A stretch of DNA of 44,158 nt from a virus: positions 1 to 44,158 of the IMG/VR virus record IMGVR_UViG_3300031998_000219, one strand, 5' to 3'. Position numbers and translations under genes: made by a program. Under the pieces are notes generated by a model. It was not told the DNA's origin. It was given only the letters and a program-made list of their open reading frames with translations, and made no database searches. Shown here piece by piece: positions 39,707-44,158 of the stretch (the stretch's first letter is position 1; every line of letters begins with the position of its first letter).

Positions 39707-41266
39707 TTAATGAACCCTTACTCCCTTAGACATTGCATTGTATGGTTTTATGTTACCATCCGCAATTTCCTTTTGGAATATTCCGGTTGCGCAATCTTCG
39801 AAATCGTCGTGCGAATTGGCGTCGAATTTGCGCAAGAAATTTGTAATATGTTTATGCGCCGCCGGGTATCGCGTTTCCCATCCATAAGGGAATATAATAT
39901 GTTGGTTGACAAACGGCGCGTTGGTAACGATGCGCGATTCCTTATTTTCAGATTGATAAAACGGAACGGTCAACGCCTTTACTTTTTTCTTTATTTCTTT
40001 TTCAAATTGGGAACCGCCGTTATTCGATTCAACCCACGCTTTTTGCGTGCCATTGGCGTTTATCATCCGGGGTACGGTCACGGTCGTTACGTCCGTTGGT
40101 TCGTCCGTAAAGATAATATCGGTAATCAGCGCGAATAACAACGGTTCAAACCGCTTTTTGTTTTCGTTCCATACTTGGTTGTCGGATTTGTAAATATCAT
40201 AAGTCATTGCGGCCAAATAGTCGTCGCCCTCGTCGGCAACATCAATGTAACAACCGGAACGGATATACGTTCCCCATTCGGATTTTTCGACGTATGTTTT
40301 GAATGGTTGATAAAGAAACGCCGTTGCGTCGCCCGGGTTGCCTTGGTACAGGCATTGGAAACCCAACGGGTCAAGTGCCTTTTGTTGCAACAGACGTTCC
40401 AACGAATGACGTTCGGGCCACAATGCGGTTCCCGGTTCCCGTTCGTCCAATTCCGTGGCGTTGCCCGTCTTTATGGCTTCAAAGTTGACCAACACCCACG
40501 CGCCGTTCGGGATATTCTCGAAATCCGACCATCGTTCGGCAAATATGACGTTTTCCGTTTCAATTATCTTTCCAATTATATCGTCCGGGTGCCAACGGGT
40601 AAACACAATCAATTGTTGCGAATCATTATGCAAACGGGTTCGTGCAACCTTTGTGTACCAATCCCATGCCGTTTGCCGTATCTGTGGGGAATTGGCTTCG
40701 CTTGCATCTTTATATAGGTCGTCAAATATCATCACGTCAACGGTCTTTGATGTCAAAGAACCGCCACGGCCCACAACGCGCAATGAACCCGTGTGGTTTA
40801 CTATTTCAAACACGTCTGAATTGCGTAAATAGTTGTTGGCAATGGTAACGACGTTGGAACCGTTCAATTGGGTTTCCGGGAATATCGCCCGGTATTCGTC
40901 CGAATCAATCAACCTTTGCACGTCACGGTTGAAATCCTTTGCAATGGTTGCGGCATACGAACAAATTGCAATCTTCAAATCCGGGAAATGGCCCAACATA
41001 TCGGCGGGTAAAAATCGGCTTGACCCTTGGGATTTACCGTGTTGGGGCGGGGCCTGTATGATTAGGTTTTTAATCTGACGTTTGGCGAACATATCCAATA
41101 CCCGGTAATACGCTTTATGGAACGGGGTTGGTTGGAATGAACGTTGCATATATTGGGCGAACCATAACAATTGCCGCCGTGCGCCCTCTTGCAAGAACAA
41201 TTCCGGGTGTTGCGTCAAAGTTCGCGTTATTTGCATTGTCTGTTCGTCCATCGCGCCTGTATTCAT
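39707..41266 (-). CDS. terL: Terminase large subunit
   Basis: 519 aa. It has a Walker A-like APPQHGKS, a Walker B-like VDVMIFDDLY and a C-terminal nuclease-like half, and lies downstream of TerS. Confidence 0.85.
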   Translation of the reverse strand: MNTGAMDEQTMQITRTLTQHPELFLQEGARRQLLWFAQYMQRSFQPTPFHKAYYRVLDMFAKRQIKNLIIQAPPQHGKSQGSSRFLPADMLGHFPDLKIAICSYAATIAKDFNRDVQRLIDSDEYRAIFPETQLNGSNVVTIANNYLRNSDVFEIVNHTGSLRVVGRGGSLTSKTVDVMIFDDLYKDASEANSPQIRQTAWDWYTKVARTRLHNDSQQLIVFTRWHPDDIIGKIIETENVIFAERWSDFENIPNGAWVLVNFEAIKTGNATELDEREPGTALWPERHSLERLLQQKALDPLGFQCLYQGNPGDATAFLYQPFKTYVEKSEWGTYIRSGCYIDVADEGDDYLAAMTYDIYKSDNQVWNENKKRFEPLLFALITDIIFTDEPTDVTTVTVPRMINANGTQKAWVESNNGGSQFEKEIKKKVKALTVPFYQSENKESRIVTNAPFVNQHIIFPYGWETRYPAAHKHITNFLRKFDANSHDDFEDCATGIFQKEIADGNIKPYNAMSKGVRVH

Positions 41267-41550
41267 TTATAACGAATTGTGTATGTTGTATCTATTTGTT
41301 CGCCGGAATACTTTATATTGGTTTCAATAATATATTCCGTACAATCCAATGTTTTGTATTCTTCATCATCGTTCCAATGGATTTGTGATACAAGAATAAA
41401 AACCAAACCAAACATACTGAAAATAATACCGGGAATAATCATATATTCTTCATCCTTTGCAATCATTCGATATGCTGAATAAATCGCATAACAAACCATA
41501 CCGATTCCCAACACTAAAACTATTATGCACGCAATTAAATTATCACTCAT
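41263..41550 (-). CDS. Two-TM membrane protein, 95 aa
   Basis: NLIACIIVLVLGIGMVCYAIYSAY and IIPGIIFSMFGLVFILV are transmembrane segments. The stop overlaps the TerL ATG (ATGA). Confidence 0.5.
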   Translation of the reverse strand: MSDNLIACIIVLVLGIGMVCYAIYSAYRMIAKDEEYMIIPGIIFSMFGLVFILVSQIHWNDDEEYKTLDCTEYIIETNIKYSGEQIDTTYTIRYK

Positions 41551-41645
41551 ATTGTTTACTCGTTTAATTTCAACCAATCGTTATATGTTTTTTGGTGTTT
41601 TATCGGGAATTTCCGATACCGGTTTCCCAAAATTCCGACCAATAG

Positions 41646-41825
41646 TTACAAATTTAGGTGTTCGCAAGCGGTTTCGGATTTCAGACGCGCCCGGGTTGAA
41701 TGCGGGCAACGTACACAAATGTAATGACCATCCAATGCCATATTCCAATGTTGCCGGATTTCCTCGCCTAACGCGCATTCGCCGCAAGTGTGTTCCGGCT
41801 TTATTGGTTTTGTTTTACCGCCCAT
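41646..41825 (-). CDS. Small zinc-ribbon-like protein, 59 aa
   Basis: MGGKTKPIKPEHTCGECALGEE...YICVRCPH has CxxC...CxxC. The start was moved to an ATG overlapping the upstream small ORF by 16 nt. Confidence 0.4.
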   Translation of the reverse strand: MGGKTKPIKPEHTCGECALGEEIRQHWNMALDGHYICVRCPHSTRARLKSETACEHLNL

Positions 41826-41911
41826 AACAGAATGCACACGATGAATATAAAAACGTACATCAATGCGGAAAACAAACAACCGTTCGTTACTTTGGGTTCC
41901 TGTTTATCCAT
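41810..41911 (-). CDS. Tiny one-TM ORF, 33 aa
   Basis: MDKQEPKVTNGCLFSALMYVFIFIVCILLWAVKQNQ. The ATG lies 2 nt after the upstream TGA. Confidence 0.3.
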
Positions 41912-41913
41912 AA

Positions 41914-42078
41914 TCAATTGTCTTTACCGATGGTTGCCACGTTGGGCCATCGGGTGTTCATAAATGCAACAATGGATTTCAACACGGCGTTGTATTGTTC
42001 ATCCGTTAGGTTTTTACCCAAATGGATTACGATTACATCTTCGCCGTTGTCCGGGCCGTTAGTCTGACCGAATGCCAT
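41914..42078 (-). CDS. Small hypothetical protein, 54 aa
   Basis: MAFGQTNGPDNGEDVIVIHLGKNLTDEQYNAVLKSIVAFMNTRWPNVATIGKDN. The ATG lies 1 nt after the TerS stop. Confidence 0.4.
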   Translation of the reverse strand: MAFGQTNGPDNGEDVIVIHLGKNLTDEQYNAVLKSIVAFMNTRWPNVATIGKDN

Positions 42079-42079
42079 A

Positions 42080-42592
42080 TTACTTGTTGTTTATTGCGTC
42101 AATCACTTTACCCAACAATTCGTCGGATACGTTAGCCAATGACAATGTTTGTTTGGATTCGGTTTCGATTTTGCCGTTGATGTCTTGTTCAACCCTGTTT
42201 TTCCAATGTTCCGGGTCGCGGTTGCACAATGCAAAGATTACCGCCGTGGGGTTCGGCAATATCTTCTTTGTTGTGCGCGATTGCTTTTTGATGCGGGGTG
42301 CATCGGGGTTGTTGGGGTTCTGTTCGTATTCCGTTTTGATTTCCTCGTATTCCGTTCCGTTTATCAAAACTTTCAATGAACGTTCCGCATCGGCCAATAT
42401 ATCATTGTGTAACCATTTTTGGTATTCCTCTTTGGCCTTTTTAACCGCGTCAGAAAAGTCAACTTTTGTATTCAACCAATCGTAAAACGTTTGTTTTGAT
42501 ATACCCGCCAATTCCGCCGCGTGTTCGTTTGTTTCGCCCTGTTCAATATGTTGGCAAATTAAACGCACTATTTCGGGATTGTACTTTGCCAT
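42080..42592 (-). CDS. terS: Terminase small subunit
   Basis: MAKYNPEIVRLICQHIEQGETNEHAAELAGISKQTFYDWL...AVKKAKEEY is the typical N-terminal HTH of phage small terminases. The protein is 170 aa and lies upstream of TerL. Confidence 0.75.
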   Translation of the reverse strand: MAKYNPEIVRLICQHIEQGETNEHAAELAGISKQTFYDWLNTKVDFSDAVKKAKEEYQKWLHNDILADAERSLKVLINGTEYEEIKTEYEQNPNNPDAPRIKKQSRTTKKILPNPTAVIFALCNRDPEHWKNRVEQDINGKIETESKQTLSLANVSDELLGKVIDAINNK

Positions 42593-42603
42593 ATCTATCG
42601 TTT

Positions 42604-42966
42604 TTATAGTTTCACTTTTATATTAGTCCGTTGGGGTAATCCGAACAAAACGCGCCTTTTTTCATCAGCATATAACTTGTGTCTTTTTTCCCCAATCAAT
42701 CTTTTCGCTTCCTCTGTATGTTTGTGGCCGTGCGTATATGGTTGTGGACGTTTACCGAATTTTATTGCCGCTTGTCTGTTAGTTTCCGTTCTGCGTTCCT
42801 TGTAATATTGGCTTTTGTCTTTTAACGTCAATCCTAACAATTCGGCGTGTGCGCGGATGGTATTTTTACTGCATCCGATAAATTGGGCCAATTCTTTCAA
42901 ATAACTGCAACTCCAATTTTGGCGCAATTTTTCGTCATCTTCCTTACTCCAATGTTTCGGTTTCAT
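42604..42966 (-). CDS. DNA-binding protein (Myb/SANT-like HTH plus NUMOD3-like motif), 120 aa
   Basis: HWSKEDDEKLRQNW...LKELAQFIGCSKNTIRAHAELLGL is Myb-like. GHKHTEEAKRLIGEKR is NUMOD3-like. ATGA overlap with the methyltransferase gene. Confidence 0.45.
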   Translation of the reverse strand: MKPKHWSKEDDEKLRQNWSCSYLKELAQFIGCSKNTIRAHAELLGLTLKDKSQYYKERRTETNRQAAIKFGKRPQPYTHGHKHTEEAKRLIGEKRHKLYADEKRRVLFGLPQRTNIKVKL

Positions 42967-44158
42967 TGTTCAACCTTTATCGCCTTTTTACCTGTAAACT
43001 TTTCCCATCTTTCAATTATCACATCACAATAATGGGGGTCTAATTCCATCATATAACATTTGCGGTTTAATTGTTCAGCCGCAATCATTGTTGTTCCTGT
43101 TCCACCAAATGGGTCTAACACAATACCCGTTTTCGGTTTAACCAAAGAAATTCCCTTTGATGGCAAACCGATTGGAAAACACGCCTTATGGTCGTTTCCG
43201 TTTGCGCCTGTATTGCTTATTTCCCAAATATTAGTTTCCACAACTTCCGTTCCCAAATTCTTTTTAGTGTTTGAAAAGATATAGACGGGTTCCCATCCGC
43301 GCCGCATACATCCTTTTAAGGGAATTGCAGAACTTTTTTTCCAAACCACCTGTTCAATCAGTTTTGATAGAAAAGGAATGATTTGCGCAATATATTCGTA
43401 TTTTGAATTACTATTATAATTCACGTTCCAAAATATAAATCCATCTGTATTTTCAAAACATATTTCCAAAACCGATGATGCAAATTTTATATATTCCGCA
43501 CTTGGCAAATCATCCGAATATCCATCGGCATATAATCTTTGTGTATTCTTTCGTTGAAAAACATCGCCACTTCCCAATTCATTATTCCCGTTATAAGGTG
43601 GGCTTGTAAACGTTAAATCCGCCTTGCCCCCCCCCATAAGTTGCTCAAAATCAGCGCGTTTTGTGCTATCGCCACACATCAAACGATGTCGGCCCAATTG
43701 CCAAATGTCGCCGAACTTGACACGCGATTTTACTTTTTTGTCGGGGTCAAAATCATCTTCTTTCACTTGGGGTTGTTCTTTCGCCCATTTCACGCCCTCA
43801 ACGTTCCAACCCTGTAATTGTTCCTTTCCCCACGCCTGTAACTTCTGTTCATCCCAAACGCCCGCGTGGGTGTTGTCCTTTATCAGTATTTCATCTTCCT
43901 CCGCTTCATCCAACCCGTGCAAAAGAATTGTGGGAACGAATGTCAATCCCAGCAACTTGGCCGCTTCCGAACGGCGTTCGCCGCCTATTATAACCAATTC
44001 GCCCGTCCTGTCACTTAACAGGATGGGACGCGCTTCAAAGAATGTGGGATTGCTTTTGATTGATTCCGCCAACTTTTCAACCGCTTCTTTGGTTGATTTG
44101 CGCGGGTTTTTCGGGTTCGGTTTCAACTCTGATAACCGCCTGTACTCAATTTGGTTGT
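42963..44158 (-). CDS. ParB-like nuclease domain fused to a beta-class N4/N6 DNA methyltransferase (runs off the window end; true start at 134 after circularisation)
   Basis: ParB N-domain: PNPKNPRK...LAESIKSN...ELVIIGGERRSEAAKLLG. MTase motif IV (TFTSPPY) precedes motif I (VLDPFGGTGTT), which is the beta-class order. Total length 412 aa. Confidence 0.85.
   Translation of the reverse strand, partial: NQIEYRRLSELKPNPKNPRKSTKEAVEKLAESIKSNPTFFEARPILLSDRTGELVIIGGERRSEAAKLLGLTFVPTILLHGLDEAEEDEILIKDNTHAGVWDEQKLQAWGKEQLQGWNVEGVKWAKEQPQVKEDDFDPDKKVKSRVKFGDIWQLGRHRLMCGDSTKRADFEQLMGGGKADLTFTSPPYNGNNELGSGDVFQRKNTQRLYADGYSDDLPSAEYIKFASSVLEICFENTDGFIFWNVNYNSNSKYEYIAQIIPFLSKLIEQVVWKKSSAIPLKGCMRRGWEPVYIFSNTKKNLGTEVVETNIWEISNTGANGNDHKACFPIGLPSKGISLVKPKTGIVLDPFGGTGTTMIAAEQLNRKCYMMELDPHYCDVIIERWEKFTGKKAIKVEQ
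44068..44158. repeat. Terminal direct repeat, right copy (identical to 1-91)
   Basis: Identical over all 91 bases to the start of the window. Confidence 0.95.

Noticed and set aside
1-44158. Integrase, repressor/Cro switch or attP indicating a temperate phage
   Set aside because: No tyrosine or serine recombinase motifs were seen in any frame. The single XRE-type protein has no divergent partner gene. Profile searches would be needed for certainty.

Overview
The window is a complete phage genome. Bases 1-91 are identical to bases 44068-44158, so it closes into a circle of about 44,067 bp. It is a tailed dsDNA phage of siphovirus type, with an 1191-aa tape measure and no sheath gene. The host is most likely a Bacteroidota member. 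Intergenic regions carry TAnnTTTG -7 boxes, one with a TTTG -33 box at 19-nt spacing, and no gene has a Shine-Dalgarno sequence.

Every convincing protein gene lies on the minus strand except one 44-aa ORF at 14742-14876. Reading in the direction of transcription (descending coordinates, wrapping through the junction), the order is:
- terminator plus late promoter (150-210), then a ParB-domain DNA methyltransferase that spans the junction
- a Myb/NUMOD3-like DNA-binding protein, TerS, four tiny ORFs, then TerL
- a free-standing HNH endonuclease, a 221-aa probably abundant virion protein, then the portal
- scaffold, major capsid protein and a strong terminator
- a second HNH endonuclease, head-tail and tail genes, then the tape measure
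- three large tail-tip/fibre proteins, an M15 endolysin and membrane proteins
- a ~480-nt control region (16320-16798)
- about ten small ORFan genes punctuated by repeated promoter-leader cassettes
- an XRE-type regulator, a PD-(D/E)XK exonuclease with an unknown partner, a winged-helix protein, a replication initiator-like protein and a RuvC-like resolvase
- small genes, tRNA-Gln/Leu/Glu, more small genes, an HNH-like protein, SSB, a DnaA-domain-IV-like HTH protein and an ASCH-like protein

No integrase, recognisable CI repressor, reverse transcriptase, CRISPR array or rRNA was seen. All ORFs are intact under the standard bacterial code.

The most interesting signals are non-coding:
- a five-copy 5' UTR stem-loop with covarying stems
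- a second hairpin class with an identical 11-nt loop, placed exactly 32 nt upstream of two structural genes
- paralogous promoter-leader cassettes
- a GCGATATG start context
- candidate small RNAs on both strands
- a 27-nt repeat linking an HNH gene flank to a distant non-coding gap

Many ORF-track starts use TTG or GTG. Where tight coupling to the upstream stop supports it, I moved the start to the nearest ATG. All functional calls come from reading motifs by eye; no searches were run.
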